The position numbers were made by a program, and so were the translations under genes. A stretch of DNA of 35,637 nt, from IMG/VR virus record IMGVR_UViG_3300017707_000130, positions 1 through 35,637 of that record, one strand, 5' to 3'. The notes under the pieces are model-generated. The model ran no database searches. It was given only the letters and a program-made list of their open reading frames with translations, and was not told where the DNA came from. Source of the stretch: a virus. Lineage: Duplodnaviria; Caudoviricetes. How positions within the stretch are numbered: the first letter of the stretch is position 1; each line of letters begins with the position of its first letter. Of this stretch, positions 24,154 through 33,864 are shown piece after piece.

Positions 24154-24663
24154 TCACACCATTTTGAGCGCGGCTTCTTTCACTTCAGTGACACGGCGGC
24201 CCCAGCCCTTGCCAAACGTATCCCAAGTCGGCAGGGATTGCATGAAGGCCAGCCGCGTGGCTTGATACTTTTCGACTATTTCCTCGGCGTCCATTGCGGC
24301 CACTTTGGCGAGCGTGCCAGCGCCGATTGCGCCATCGGGAACAGCGCCTACGGTCGTCTGGAGCCACTTAGCCGCGCGGCCCGGGCCGCTGTTGATGGCA
24401 GCGTCAAAGACGGCGTAGTCCACGCCAGTAGGCAGCTCGTCGCCCTTGATCTTGTCCCAGTACTTGGTCTTGTACATCGGGCCGACGGTCTCAGGCGTCA
24501 GCGCGCGCATGGCCTTCTCGTCCACCTCGTGGCCGACCCACTCTTCCCAGACGCGCTTGGTGACGCCCAGGTTGGTCATGCCGCCAGGATCTTTGGGGTG
24601 ATTAACGAAGCCGCCCTCGTGGTGAAGGATAGCTTCCAGAGCTTGGTCGAAGTTCTCTTTCAT
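24154..24663 (-). CDS. Endolysin, glycoside hydrolase family 108
   Basis: HEGGFVNHPKDPGGMTNLGVT, FDAAINSG, DG.IG..TL, FGKGW.RR. Confidence 0.93.
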   Translation of the reverse strand: MKENFDQALEAILHHEGGFVNHPKDPGGMTNLGVTKRVWEEWVGHEVDEKAMRALTPETVGPMYKTKYWDKIKGDELPTGVDYAVFDAAINSGPGRAAKWLQTTVGAVPDGAIGAGTLAKVAAMDAEEIVEKYQATRLAFMQSLPTWDTFGKGWGRRVTEVKEAALKMV

Positions 24664-25145
24664 TTCTTTCCTAACATTTCAGTCTTGGCTTGAGAGCCGG
24701 CGCTAGAACCAAAATAATACGCAATGATGCCCGTCCAGGCGGTGCCAAGCGAGCCGAGCATCATCAGGATGGCGGGGTTATTGGAGTCCACTTTGCCCAG
24801 CAGCATCATGGCCAAGATGCCGAAGAAGCCAGCCGTTACCGCCGCCGCCAGCAGAGGCGGTATCCAAGAACGGGTCGCCACCTGCATATCGCGGGCGCTT
24901 TTGCGGTCATCCACTTCCAGCTTGGCAAAGTTAAGCCCCAGTTCTTGCGCTTGTTTCTGGAGTTCGATCTCAGCGATCTTGACCTGAGCGATCTGCTCTG
25001 CGGTTAGCTTGTTGTCTTTGATCAGGTCGCTGACCTTGTCCTCATCAACTCCGATTGCTTTAGAGATGGCAGAGACTGCCATGCCAGCGAGTGGGCCTCC
25101 CAGCGCAGTAGCGACAGTGGGTGCAATTTGCTTGAGCCATTCCAT
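24660..25145 (-). CDS. Holin (GTA 3-TM-type)
   Basis: APTVATALGGPLAG N-terminus, DRKSARDMQ, two C-terminal TM helices, YYFGSS.GS; directly upstream of the endolysin. Confidence 0.75.
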   Translation of the reverse strand: MEWLKQIAPTVATALGGPLAGMAVSAISKAIGVDEDKVSDLIKDNKLTAEQIAQVKIAEIELQKQAQELGLNFAKLEVDDRKSARDMQVATRSWIPPLLAAAVTAGFFGILAMMLLGKVDSNNPAILMMLGSLGTAWTGIIAYYFGSSAGSQAKTEMLGKK

Positions 25146-25762
25146 TACTGTTTACTCCTTGACAACATGGTTGCTGCGATTTGCAGAAGGACGCGGTACG
25201 CATCGACATCCGGCGGTTCCTCTTTCCAGCCTACGGTGATCTGTCCGACCAGCTTGCCCGGCTCCGGCGGTACGCCAACCCGACACCCGTAGGTCATGCC
25301 CTTTTCCATGTACCAAAGGCCGATCTCGCTTTGCGCCGTCTTGTAGTGGCCGCACGGAATCTCGCCCGCCATCAGCGCCACGACATCTCGATTGTTGGCG
25401 ATGTTGGAGGTAAACAGCCCGACATCTAGGCCTTCGTGTTCCTTCTCGCGCCCCTGTTTCGTATACGCGCGATGCAGTACGCGGGTTCCGAACATCGGAT
25501 TGACCTTGAAGATCGCCACAACCTGCGCGTCGGTGTTCTTGAACAAGTGCGCCGCGACATCCTCTACGCGATCCTCTGCGATGGCGGGTAGCTTCTTCTG
25601 CTCCTTATACGCTCCAAGCAAAAACGCTTGGTTCTGCCAAATGAAGTAACCAGTGAACGCGAAGATCGCCATCAAAAGAATGGCAAACAGCTTGAACGGG
25701 GAATCGACGTATCCGAGAACCTTCTCGATCAGGCTGTTGTGGTTGATCTTCTCGTCGCTCAT
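25145..25762 (-). CDS. Single-TM protein with GAF-like domain (T4 holin T-like architecture)
   Basis: N-terminal TM FAILLMAIFAFTGYFIW and a soluble C-terminal domain with two Cys and a GQITVGW strand; coupled to the holin gene. Confidence 0.55.
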   Translation of the reverse strand: MSDEKINHNSLIEKVLGYVDSPFKLFAILLMAIFAFTGYFIWQNQAFLLGAYKEQKKLPAIAEDRVEDVAAHLFKNTDAQVVAIFKVNPMFGTRVLHRAYTKQGREKEHEGLDVGLFTSNIANNRDVVALMAGEIPCGHYKTAQSEIGLWYMEKGMTYGCRVGVPPEPGKLVGQITVGWKEEPPDVDAYRVLLQIAATMLSRSKQ

Positions 25763-25779
25763 TGGATGGCGAGTGGAAT

Positions 25780-27387
25780 TTATTGCGTAAACAATCCAGC
25801 CGCTCGTTGACGCTTACGCATCTCTTCAGACAGTTGCAGGTTAGTGCCCAACAATCCAGCCTGATAGGCGGCGTTGGTGATGGCGGGGTAATTTGCGTCA
25901 GGCAGAACGCCAGTAGCACGAGAGACACCACGACCAACAGTACCAGCGCCATACAACGCCTCGCCCATTAGACGAGGCGAAGAAACTGTCGCCATACCAA
26001 CGGCCCCAGGAAGACCAAAGGTGCCATAAGCGCCAATGACAGATGGGCCAGCCGTTGCACGTTGCAGCCCACGAGGAGCCAGTTCGCTCATGGCTTGACC
26101 AGCCAAGGCGGGCATCATCTCTTGACCGCCAGCAGCTTCTAGCTGACGACCAAGATTGATGCGACTTCCATAGTTGGTCTGGACGTTGTTCCGCATCAGA
26201 GACTGCAATTTACGCATTGCAGTGTCTGCGGATGCTTTTTGTCCAAGCGACAAAGAACGCTCAATCTCACGAATGAGATCGCTTGCGTCACTGTACTCCT
26301 TCATCGCCTTTGCGTATTCAGGAGCTTGGTTTGTGATTTCTTTTTTGATTGAGTCATACACGCTCTTTGCAGCGGTATAAGACTGTTTTTGATTAGGAGG
26401 AATATCCTCCATGATTCCGCCAATTACCTGTTTAAGTTTATCCAACCCTTCAGGAGTGTGATACTCACTAGGATTCAAAGCCTTCCAATTTGTAATTTCA
26501 GATTGAATCTTTGCAAGAGTATCAGCACCTGCTTTATTTGTGACTTGTCCCTTAAATGTGACAAAATTTTCAGCATTGTTTACTGCGTTATCAATGCCAG
26601 TAAAATTCAAAATGCTTTTATCTGCTTTAACACTGGCCATGTTGGCGCGATAAGCAGCCTGCTTATCAGCATTCATCGCCAGAAGATTCTGCTTGGCCAC
26701 ATCAAGCACAGCCTCAGTAGGAACATTGCCGCGCAAGTTCTCAATGAAGAGTTTGCCAATATCACCGCCTTCAAGACCAGCACGCACTGCTTGCCTTGCT
26801 GCCTCAGTTCCGACGCCAGTCGTCATGCCGATTACAGGAGCGACACCTCGGCCAGCCGCTGCTACTCCCTTTGCCGCAATTTGCAAAGGATCAATCATTT
26901 GGGCCGTCTGCGACATTTTGCTGGCCACAGCGCCTTTCGGCGCCAGCGTTGCACCAGCGGTCAGGAACGTAGACAGATCCGCCATAACACCAGCAGGGTC
27001 GTTGGCAATGGCGCGTTTTGCGCCCTCAAGGCTTCCGTATCGGTCGGTGTAAAACTTACCAACTTGGTTAGCCATCTCACGAGACGCTTTGTCTTCTCCA
27101 ACAAACTTGACGATGTTTTCAGGCAAAAGATTCTGAAGACCGCCAGCGGCAATATCCATCAAACCTTTGACAGTCTGCACGGGACTGGTGACAGCCTCAT
27201 ATAGCCCTTTCGCCACGTTCATTGCAGATGAAGGCAAATTGGTGATCGCACCGGTTGCAACTTCACCGGCCGAATACGGCTTATCCATCGCCATCTTATA
27301 GGCTTGTGCATCGGTCAGTTCGGTAGGAGAACTAACGCGAACAGTCCCACGATTGGGAATGTCGATTTCGTAAACAAAATCAGCCAT
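25780..27387 (-). CDS. DNA ejection / internal virion protein
   Basis: 535-aa Ala/Gly-rich helical protein, last of three large genes after the tail genes. Confidence 0.7.
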   Translation of the reverse strand: MADFVYEIDIPNRGTVRVSSPTELTDAQAYKMAMDKPYSAGEVATGAITNLPSSAMNVAKGLYEAVTSPVQTVKGLMDIAAGGLQNLLPENIVKFVGEDKASREMANQVGKFYTDRYGSLEGAKRAIANDPAGVMADLSTFLTAGATLAPKGAVASKMSQTAQMIDPLQIAAKGVAAAGRGVAPVIGMTTGVGTEAARQAVRAGLEGGDIGKLFIENLRGNVPTEAVLDVAKQNLLAMNADKQAAYRANMASVKADKSILNFTGIDNAVNNAENFVTFKGQVTNKAGADTLAKIQSEITNWKALNPSEYHTPEGLDKLKQVIGGIMEDIPPNQKQSYTAAKSVYDSIKKEITNQAPEYAKAMKEYSDASDLIREIERSLSLGQKASADTAMRKLQSLMRNNVQTNYGSRINLGRQLEAAGGQEMMPALAGQAMSELAPRGLQRATAGPSVIGAYGTFGLPGAVGMATVSSPRLMGEALYGAGTVGRGVSRATGVLPDANYPAITNAAYQAGLLGTNLQLSEEMRKRQRAAGLFTQ

Positions 27388-27396
27388 GATTTTCCT

Positions 27397-28983
27397 TTAT
27401 TGAACTCGACGAACCGTTGCGCCACCAGGCAGAGGTGTTGGCGCTGCTGGGGCGGAAGGTGTAGCACTAGGTGCTGCGGGAGCCATCGTTGCATACGGAG
27501 ACATTGAAGCAACGCCTGACTTGCTATACCCGTTAGCAACCAATCCAGCCGTGACCTTTTCATAAGCCTTACGAGCGGCCTCTGCTTGGAGTTGCAAGTT
27601 AGCTCTTGCCGCTTGAGCACTCATGCCAGGAGTGACCATTGCTTTCTCAAACTCAGCCTTTTCAGACGCAGTCAGAGCTGCACCAAACAAATCGTTCCTA
27701 ACTTTGTTGATGTTTTCTTGATACTTCTGCCACCAGCTACCAAGAGCCAGACGATCAGGATCATCAGAACGCAGCGCAAGTGCAATATCTGCTTGGCCAA
27801 CGGTATTTAGTTTATAGCCAACAAAATCGTCTTTGAAGGATGAGAGCAAATCATCCTGTTTAGAAACTCCATCAGATTGCTTTGACAGTTTTTCAATAGC
27901 AGGAACCGGAAGAGGTTTTCCATCTTGTGCTGTTTCAGCCGTGCGCCTAGCTTGATCAATGCGAAGCTGTATAAGTTCTCTATTCAACTCAGCAGTCTGA
28001 GCAGATGCACGCAGTTGAGCCTCACGGAAACCACGATTTGCTTCAGTGTTGACCGCATCATTATTGATACGGGTCAATGTTGCCATCGCTTTATCTTGAT
28101 CTTCAGAATCCATTCCTGGAAAGCTGCGAGCCAACTGATTCGCGTAAGGCAACACGGTCGGATGAATTGCTTTCCCGCCAATCAATGCAGAAATCGGATT
28201 CTCGTTTGCAGCGACAGGAGTTGCACCGCCAGTCGGGCTGACATATGCCCAACCACCTTGTGCATCCCGAGTAGCAAGTTTCTCGCCTTTCTTGAAGACA
28301 CCGCCAATCGGCACAGGGGCTTGACCCGGCTCAATCTTGTACCAAACATCACCGGCCTTCTCGTACTTAGGCTGAGTGAAGGCTTGCGCCTCAGTGATTG
28401 CTTTGAGTTGAGCAAGGCCAGGAGCGCCAAGAGCCAGAAGTTCAGGCGTAACTCGTTTGATATCGTAGGATGAAGCAGTCGCAACAGCCCCAGGCATGAG
28501 ATTGCCTTCATCATCACGCAGTGCGCGCCCTTCCCGAATGTATGCTTCTTCACCGGGTCGATACGCGCTCTGAGCAATACGCTCGGCCAACTGCGTTTGG
28601 CTAAGTAAACGTGCCTTTTGTTCGCGTTCTGCTTGGAGAGCTTGACGCTGCGTTGCCTGGTCAGCAACTTGCATCAGTTGCATTGCACCAGCAATATCAC
28701 CAGAACGCTGGAGCGTAGTCATGGCTTGCTGAATTGAGGCAGGATTATTGAAGTCAATCTGCTTGGCGATGGATTGACGAGCACTGATGCGCTGCAACTC
28801 GGGGTCAGGCCCACCCAGTGCACCCGCCAATTGGTAAGCGCCACGGCCGATGTTGAACTCAGCGCGTTGCATGGGGTTGAGCTGCGAGATGGCCAGCGCA
28901 CGCTCGTCAGCCGCAGCAGCTTGACGCTGCTGGTACATCTCTGGCGTCACGCCAAACAGGGATTGGACGATATCGGTTGCCAT
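27397..28983 (-). CDS. DNA ejection / internal virion protein
   Basis: 528-aa Gln/Ala-rich helical protein in the ejectosome position. Confidence 0.7.
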   Translation of the reverse strand: MATDIVQSLFGVTPEMYQQRQAAAADERALAISQLNPMQRAEFNIGRGAYQLAGALGGPDPELQRISARQSIAKQIDFNNPASIQQAMTTLQRSGDIAGAMQLMQVADQATQRQALQAEREQKARLLSQTQLAERIAQSAYRPGEEAYIREGRALRDDEGNLMPGAVATASSYDIKRVTPELLALGAPGLAQLKAITEAQAFTQPKYEKAGDVWYKIEPGQAPVPIGGVFKKGEKLATRDAQGGWAYVSPTGGATPVAANENPISALIGGKAIHPTVLPYANQLARSFPGMDSEDQDKAMATLTRINNDAVNTEANRGFREAQLRASAQTAELNRELIQLRIDQARRTAETAQDGKPLPVPAIEKLSKQSDGVSKQDDLLSSFKDDFVGYKLNTVGQADIALALRSDDPDRLALGSWWQKYQENINKVRNDLFGAALTASEKAEFEKAMVTPGMSAQAARANLQLQAEAARKAYEKVTAGLVANGYSKSGVASMSPYATMAPAAPSATPSAPAAPTPLPGGATVRRVQ

Positions 28984-28988
28984 GATTT

Positions 28989-30077
28989 TTAATCTCCGCC
29001 AGTACCAAAACCAAAGAACTGCGAATTTAGAGCTTGATTGCCATAGCCGTATCCGGGCGTGTTGTACGCTGAGTATCTATTTGGATCGTTAGCCCAAGAT
29101 TGCTGCGCGGAAGGGCTAAACATCCCCTGCAACCCTCGCACCGCCGCCGGATTAGACGCAAACGAGGTCAACGCGGTAGCAAACGGGTTATAAGCGTTCG
29201 CGGCGTATCCAGACTGCGCCGCCGCCATGCCGCCTTGCAGTAGCGCGTTAGCACCTGTCGGGTTGGCGATCCGACCGCCCAGAGCCGACCCCAGCTCCAG
29301 CGGCTGCTGGCCCAGAGCTTCCAGACTCTTCGCGCCACCCAGATAGGCTTCATACGGCGCCAGAGAGCTAACAAGACCACGGCCGTACAGGTCGTACAGT
29401 TGCGCGCCGGTGCCAAACAGCCCCGTGCCAAACGCCAACTGACGTTGCCCAGCTTCTTGAGCTGAAGCGGCCAGAGCGGCGTCTTGCTGTGCGATGGCGT
29501 TGTAATACGCCTCCAGCTCGGGGTTAGCCGCGCGAAGACCTTCGCCGCCGCCAGGGCGCAAGCCGGTTCCACCAACAGCCAAACCACTTCGGCCAGTTTG
29601 GAAGTTTTGATTCTGGATTGCAGCAAGTTGCCGCTCTCGGCTTGGCGCCAGCAGGTTTTGCTGCGACAGCATGTACTTTTGCGCGACCTGTTCGGGCGTT
29701 TCGGCCAGATAGGTTTCCCCCAAATTAAACAGGCGAGGCGCTGCTGCTGATAATGGCGCATACCGCCCAGGCGCCATCTCGGCTTCAGTCAGACCCTGAC
29801 CAGCCAGCCCCAGCAGGCGGTTTTGCATACCCATGAACTCAGGGCGCAGCTCGTAACCAGCCCCTGAGACACGGCCATCCGGGCCGTACTGGAAGTTCGA
29901 CTGGCCAAAGCGCGTCGTGATGCCTACCGGGCGAAAGCGCGCCTCTTCGGCGGCGATTCGAGCGGCATCGCGCTGCGCGTCGGCTTGCGTTTGGGCGGCG
30001 CGCGCCGCAGAACTGCCACCCAACAGACCGCCTAACAGCGCGCCACCACCTGCGATTGCTCCACCAATCCACGGCAT
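28989..30077 (-). CDS. DNA ejection (pilot-like) protein
   Basis: Hydrophobic Gly-rich N-terminus MPWIGGAIAGGGALLGGLLGG then AA..QA.A repeats. ATG at 30077 with GGAG RBS. Confidence 0.75.
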   Translation of the reverse strand: MPWIGGAIAGGGALLGGLLGGSSAARAAQTQADAQRDAARIAAEEARFRPVGITTRFGQSNFQYGPDGRVSGAGYELRPEFMGMQNRLLGLAGQGLTEAEMAPGRYAPLSAAAPRLFNLGETYLAETPEQVAQKYMLSQQNLLAPSRERQLAAIQNQNFQTGRSGLAVGGTGLRPGGGEGLRAANPELEAYYNAIAQQDAALAASAQEAGQRQLAFGTGLFGTGAQLYDLYGRGLVSSLAPYEAYLGGAKSLEALGQQPLELGSALGGRIANPTGANALLQGGMAAAQSGYAANAYNPFATALTSFASNPAAVRGLQGMFSPSAQQSWANDPNRYSAYNTPGYGYGNQALNSQFFGFGTGGD

Positions 30078-30078
30078 A

Positions 30079-30372
30079 TCATGCTCCAATCAAAATTTCA
30101 TCCACCTTGGACGCATCTTTTTCGTCCGTCGCATGGATACAAAACCAAACACAATCAGTTAGCGCTTTCACACCATGCGTCAGCCCTGCTTTGATCTCAA
30201 TGCAAGCAGGCGCTTCCACAATCTCAACGTCCTCGCCCTTCATCACGGCGACCTTGCCCTTAGCCAGAATCGACAGGTGGCTAAAGTCGTGCACATGCTT
30301 CAAGATGGCAACGCCGGCAGGAAACTGGGTTTCCTTGGCGTACAGGCCGTCGCTGAAGTGATGCGTAATCAC
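30079..30372 (-). CDS. Cupin-fold protein
   Basis: HHFSDGLYAKE, H.H.F.H.SILAKG, H...AL.D..W.CIHA; GTGA-coupled start at 30372. Confidence 0.78.
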   Translation of the reverse strand: MITHHFSDGLYAKETQFPAGVAILKHVHDFSHLSILAKGKVAVMKGEDVEIVEAPACIEIKAGLTHGVKALTDCVWFCIHATDEKDASKVDEILIGA

Positions 30373-31076
30373 GCCGTCCGCTTCCACATATATACAGTGA
30401 TGTACGGCTGGTAGTTGGCGTTGGTGCCAGAGGAGCCGGTGGAGCTGTTCGTCGTAGCCACCGTAATACCAGTGGTAGTAGACGATGCAACAGTAAAACC
30501 ATTTCTACCAGTAAATCCAGTCGCGCACTGTGCTTCCCGAGAACCGCCAGTTTCAGCCGCAGCTTGACTATTGCTTAATGAGTGCTGGTGGCCGGGATCG
30601 GTAACCGTAGACGTTGCAGTGTGAGTGTGGCTGACCACAATAGCATCCGCGCTACCACCAGTCTCTTCGGCGGTGTCGAATAGTGCGTTGCCGGAATCAA
30701 AGCCAACAGGTACGCGGCCAGCGCCGAACGCCGACCAAGTACCAAACCCCAGCAACGTGCCAGGATTGGTACTGTTAGTGGCGTTAATGTAGATTGAGCC
30801 GACGGGATGTAGAGCCGCCATTGCAGCTTGCACAAACGCCGTCGTGGCCAGCGCCGTTGAACTATTGCCAAACGATTGCGTGACGCCAGTCGTTCCGGTC
30901 GGAAGAACAGGCGATCCAGTAAACGTAGGCGACGCCAAATCGGCTTTCGTAGCTACAGCGATAGCGATGTTGGCAAACTCGGTGTTGATTTCCGTGCCCT
31001 TGACGATCTTGAGCGGATCGCCAGAGGACAGGTTGTCCTTGGTCGCAAAGTTTGTGCTCTGAACGTAGTTACTCAT
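30369..31076 (-). CDS. Tail needle/spike-like structural protein
   Basis: KGTEINTEFANIA.A N-terminus, HPVGSIY...NPGTLLGFGTW..FGAGRV, SHTH, QPYITVYMWKRTA. Confidence 0.8.
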   Translation of the reverse strand: MSNYVQSTNFATKDNLSSGDPLKIVKGTEINTEFANIAIAVATKADLASPTFTGSPVLPTGTTGVTQSFGNSSTALATTAFVQAAMAALHPVGSIYINATNSTNPGTLLGFGTWSAFGAGRVPVGFDSGNALFDTAEETGGSADAIVVSHTHTATSTVTDPGHQHSLSNSQAAAETGGSREAQCATGFTGRNGFTVASSTTTGITVATTNSSTGSSGTNANYQPYITVYMWKRTA

Positions 31077-32632
31077 GATACCTTGCCCTCTTTAGCCTGG
31101 ATCTCGATCTTCTGGATCGACATGGAAGCGCCGTTGATGTTGGATTCGTAGCCGGTTTGCACGACCTTGCCGCTGCCGCTGGCCGGCGTCTGAAGCTGTT
31201 GCAGTGCAACACCGTCTGCGTACTGCGCCACCGGGACACCATTAGCGCCATACTCAGCGATGCCGTACTCCGACTCGCCCTGCGTCGGGATCGACATGTT
31301 GGCCGACAGATAGTTGGCCGAGAAGTCAAAGCCCCACTTGGCCGTAACGAACTGGTTTGAGCCGCCGATCACGATGACCTTCAGGCGCTTCAAGATCGAA
31401 GTGACGTTCTGATTGCCCAGATCGGCGTGGTTCGTGAAGTATTGCATCCGATAAGCGGATGTGTAGTCTTGATAGCCGAAATACTTTCCGACGTAGCCAT
31501 TCTTTCCAACCAGTACATCGCCATTTTTACGGGAAAACAGCGCGGTCGGCTCAATCGAGTCCCAGGTCGTGACGCGGAAAGACCCATCTTGCAACTGCAC
31601 GCGGGTGTCAAAGCAATACACCTCTTTGACCGACGGAAGCGTCAGCAAATAGAAGGCTTCCTTCTCTGAGTACACCGATTTGATGTTCGCCAGCGTCTCG
31701 CCGCTGATGATATTCATCAGGTCGCTGCGGACGTTTTTGGACAAGTCACCCAGCGGGGCCGACTTCTCCACAATCGTCCTGGCGAACGAGCGCACGCCAG
31801 AGTTGGACAGGAACAGGACATCTTTGCCCGTGTTCTGGATCGAATCGCGGGCGATGCAGCCGATGCCGCCCACCGTGTCGTACAGCGTGATTGAGGCAGG
31901 CGTAGTCGCTCCCGAATACACCAGAATCTGACGCGATCCAAAGATGATCAGGAAATTGTTGTGAGCCGCAAGGCCAGAGATGTTGTCCGCACCGCTAGGC
32001 CAGACGCGGTTGATGTCCAGCGTGCCAGATGTGCCGCCCGTCCAGATATGGCCCGCCAGAATGTCCGAGAACGACACGGTCGTGTTGTCCGTCGTCGTGT
32101 CAGCCACCCACAGACGGCCGTAAGCCGAGATGACGATATTGCCAGACGGCACCGTGCCAGCGTAACCCGTCTTCTCGCTCACACGGCGATACGTCGTCGT
32201 GCTCACTGCCGGATCAAAGATCAGCGGGTTGTGGTTTTCTTGGAAGAAATAGGTGATTCCGTTGAGCGAAGCGCACGACCAGTTGCTGGCCGTGATCGTC
32301 GGGGCGGTACCCCCACCCCCGTAAGTCAGCTCGGAGACAGCGTTGGAGCCATCGAGCTTGAACAGCTTGTTATTTCCGGCAAACAGAACGGTCGTCGTGC
32401 CGTCCGTCTGCACCAGCTCATGGATCACGCCGATGTCGTTAGCGCCCAGGTTGCCCGAGCTGGAGTTAACGCGAGTCCACCCTTTGCGCGAACCGATGCG
32501 GCCATACTGATCGATGATGCAGTTGTTGGCCACCAAGGCAAAGCCAGCATTCAAATCAAGAGGCGAATCTTGAGTGTTCAGGCCGTAGAAACCCGGCGCT
32601 GAGATGCTGTAGGTGGAGATTGCTTCGCTCAT
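31073..32632 (-). CDS. Tail hub / nozzle protein (P22 gp10-like beta-propeller)
   Basis: 519 aa, beta-rich, GF.GLN, GRLW, GIGCIARDSI; follows the adaptor gene. Confidence 0.8.
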   Translation of the reverse strand: MSEAISTYSISAPGFYGLNTQDSPLDLNAGFALVANNCIIDQYGRIGSRKGWTRVNSSSGNLGANDIGVIHELVQTDGTTTVLFAGNNKLFKLDGSNAVSELTYGGGGTAPTITASNWSCASLNGITYFFQENHNPLIFDPAVSTTTYRRVSEKTGYAGTVPSGNIVISAYGRLWVADTTTDNTTVSFSDILAGHIWTGGTSGTLDINRVWPSGADNISGLAAHNNFLIIFGSRQILVYSGATTPASITLYDTVGGIGCIARDSIQNTGKDVLFLSNSGVRSFARTIVEKSAPLGDLSKNVRSDLMNIISGETLANIKSVYSEKEAFYLLTLPSVKEVYCFDTRVQLQDGSFRVTTWDSIEPTALFSRKNGDVLVGKNGYVGKYFGYQDYTSAYRMQYFTNHADLGNQNVTSILKRLKVIVIGGSNQFVTAKWGFDFSANYLSANMSIPTQGESEYGIAEYGANGVPVAQYADGVALQQLQTPASGSGKVVQTGYESNINGASMSIQKIEIQAKEGKVS

Positions 32633-33276
32633 ACGGCTTGGAATGCGTCGTAGTCAGGAAAGCGCGATGCTTCCAAAGCGATGTAGTCGGACAGCATCAG
32701 GCGATACAGTTGATAGGCTTCCGAGGAAGTCAGCCCCCCGTCTTCTCCGCGCTCGGCCAATGCACGGGCGTAGGCGTTCTGAACGATCAAAACGTCCGGG
32801 GCCAAGACCGAAGTGCTGTCAGAAGTCAGAGGTGCTTGCGGGATGTTCAGCGTGAACTGCAAGTTGTAGACACCGTCCGGGCGCGAGTACAGAGTCACCT
32901 TGGCGTCGCCGTTGCCGTCAACGCCGTCGAAGATGAACTCGGACGGGATGCCGTAGACGGGCGTCGCAAAGTTCTGGCGACGGTTCATCCACTCGTAGGA
33001 GATGTTACGCAGCGTCACGTTGGAGGTGACGTTGATCGCGTCTTCCAGACGAAACTTCTGGCCAGCGCCAGTGAGCGAGTAGACGTAGGTGTTCGCAACC
33101 GTGTTAACTTGGATCACTTGCTCAAGTGAATTCCAAGTGTAAGCGTCCTCAACTTGGCGCTTGGCGTCGTTTACAAACTTGCCGATCAACGCCGAGTACG
33201 TCGTCTCGCCGCTGGTGGAGACAGGCGTCTCACGCAAGCGCGTGAGCACATCGTTGATCATCTCAAGGTACGTCAT
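32629..33276 (-). CDS. Head-tail adaptor (tail tubular protein A-like)
   Basis: MTYLEMINDVLTRLRE...FVNDAKR.VE..W pattern; G.P..F and P.PD..Y-like motifs. Confidence 0.8.
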   Translation of the reverse strand: MTYLEMINDVLTRLRETPVSTSGETTYSALIGKFVNDAKRQVEDAYTWNSLEQVIQVNTVANTYVYSLTGAGQKFRLEDAINVTSNVTLRNISYEWMNRRQNFATPVYGIPSEFIFDGVDGNGDAKVTLYSRPDGVYNLQFTLNIPQAPLTSDSTSVLAPDVLIVQNAYARALAERGEDGGLTSSEAYQLYRLMLSDYIALEASRFPDYDAFQAV

Positions 33277-33566
33277 TTCTTGTTCCTTGCCGAGATCGCC
33301 TTAGCCTTCGCTTTGGCGTCTGCTTTGGACGATGCGCCCCAAGCCTGCAAGGACAAGAGAAGTCGAGTTGGCTCGCCATCCTTGTACTCCGGCCCAGGCA
33401 TATTGCCCATACGCGCTAAGAAGGAGGCCCTACGAGGGTTGTCGCCCGACTTCACCGGGGCTTTCAAATTGCCGCCGGTAGCAGCATTATAGGATGATCG
33501 CCCCTTGGCGTTCAAGCCGCCAGAGGGCGATTTTCCTTCTTTGCGCGTCCAGGCGGGCGTCTTCAT
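33273..33566 (-). CDS. Small basic protein (97 aa)
   Basis: W.RKEGK.P.GGLNAKGR...RRASFLARM...SL.AW; K/R-rich. Confidence 0.8.
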   Translation of the reverse strand: MKTPAWTRKEGKSPSGGLNAKGRSSYNAATGGNLKAPVKSGDNPRRASFLARMGNMPGPEYKDGEPTRLLLSLQAWGASSKADAKAKAKAISARNKK

Positions 33567-33712
33567 GGCTTCTTCTTGGCCGTCTTGGCAGACTGCTTGA
33601 AGGCCGCAGGCGTAGGAGCGCCCTTGGTGCCGGGTTTACGCATCTTCTCGCCGGAGCCGGCTTCGATGCGTTTGCGCTTGGCGTTAATATTTGAATAGAG
33701 ACCGGGCTTCAT
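33563..33712 (-). CDS. Small basic protein (49 aa, MKPGLYSNINAKRKRIEAGSGEKMRK...)
   Basis: Read manually; ATGA overlaps on both sides. Confidence 0.78.
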   Translation of the reverse strand: MKPGLYSNINAKRKRIEAGSGEKMRKPGTKGAPTPAAFKQSAKTAKKKP

Positions 33713-33864
33713 TTTTTCTTCGCCTTTCCAGCTTGCGACAGAGCAATAGCCACCGCTTGCTTTTGCGACTTGACGACCGGGCCACCCCTGCCAGAGTGCA
33801 GGGTGCCCGACTTGTACTCGCGCATAACCTTGCTGATCTTCTTTTCGGCTTTGGTCTTTTTCAT
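33709..33864 (-). CDS. Small basic protein (51 aa, MKKTKAEKKISKVMREYKSGTLHSG...QAVAIALSQAG)
   Basis: Read manually; ATGA overlaps on both sides. Confidence 0.8.
   Translation of the reverse strand: MKKTKAEKKISKVMREYKSGTLHSGRGGPVVKSQKQAVAIALSQAGKAKKK

Noticed and set aside
24079-24693. 204-aa plus-strand ORF over the endolysin
   Set aside because: Antisense shadow with no lipobox or TM pattern, so not a credible embedded spanin.
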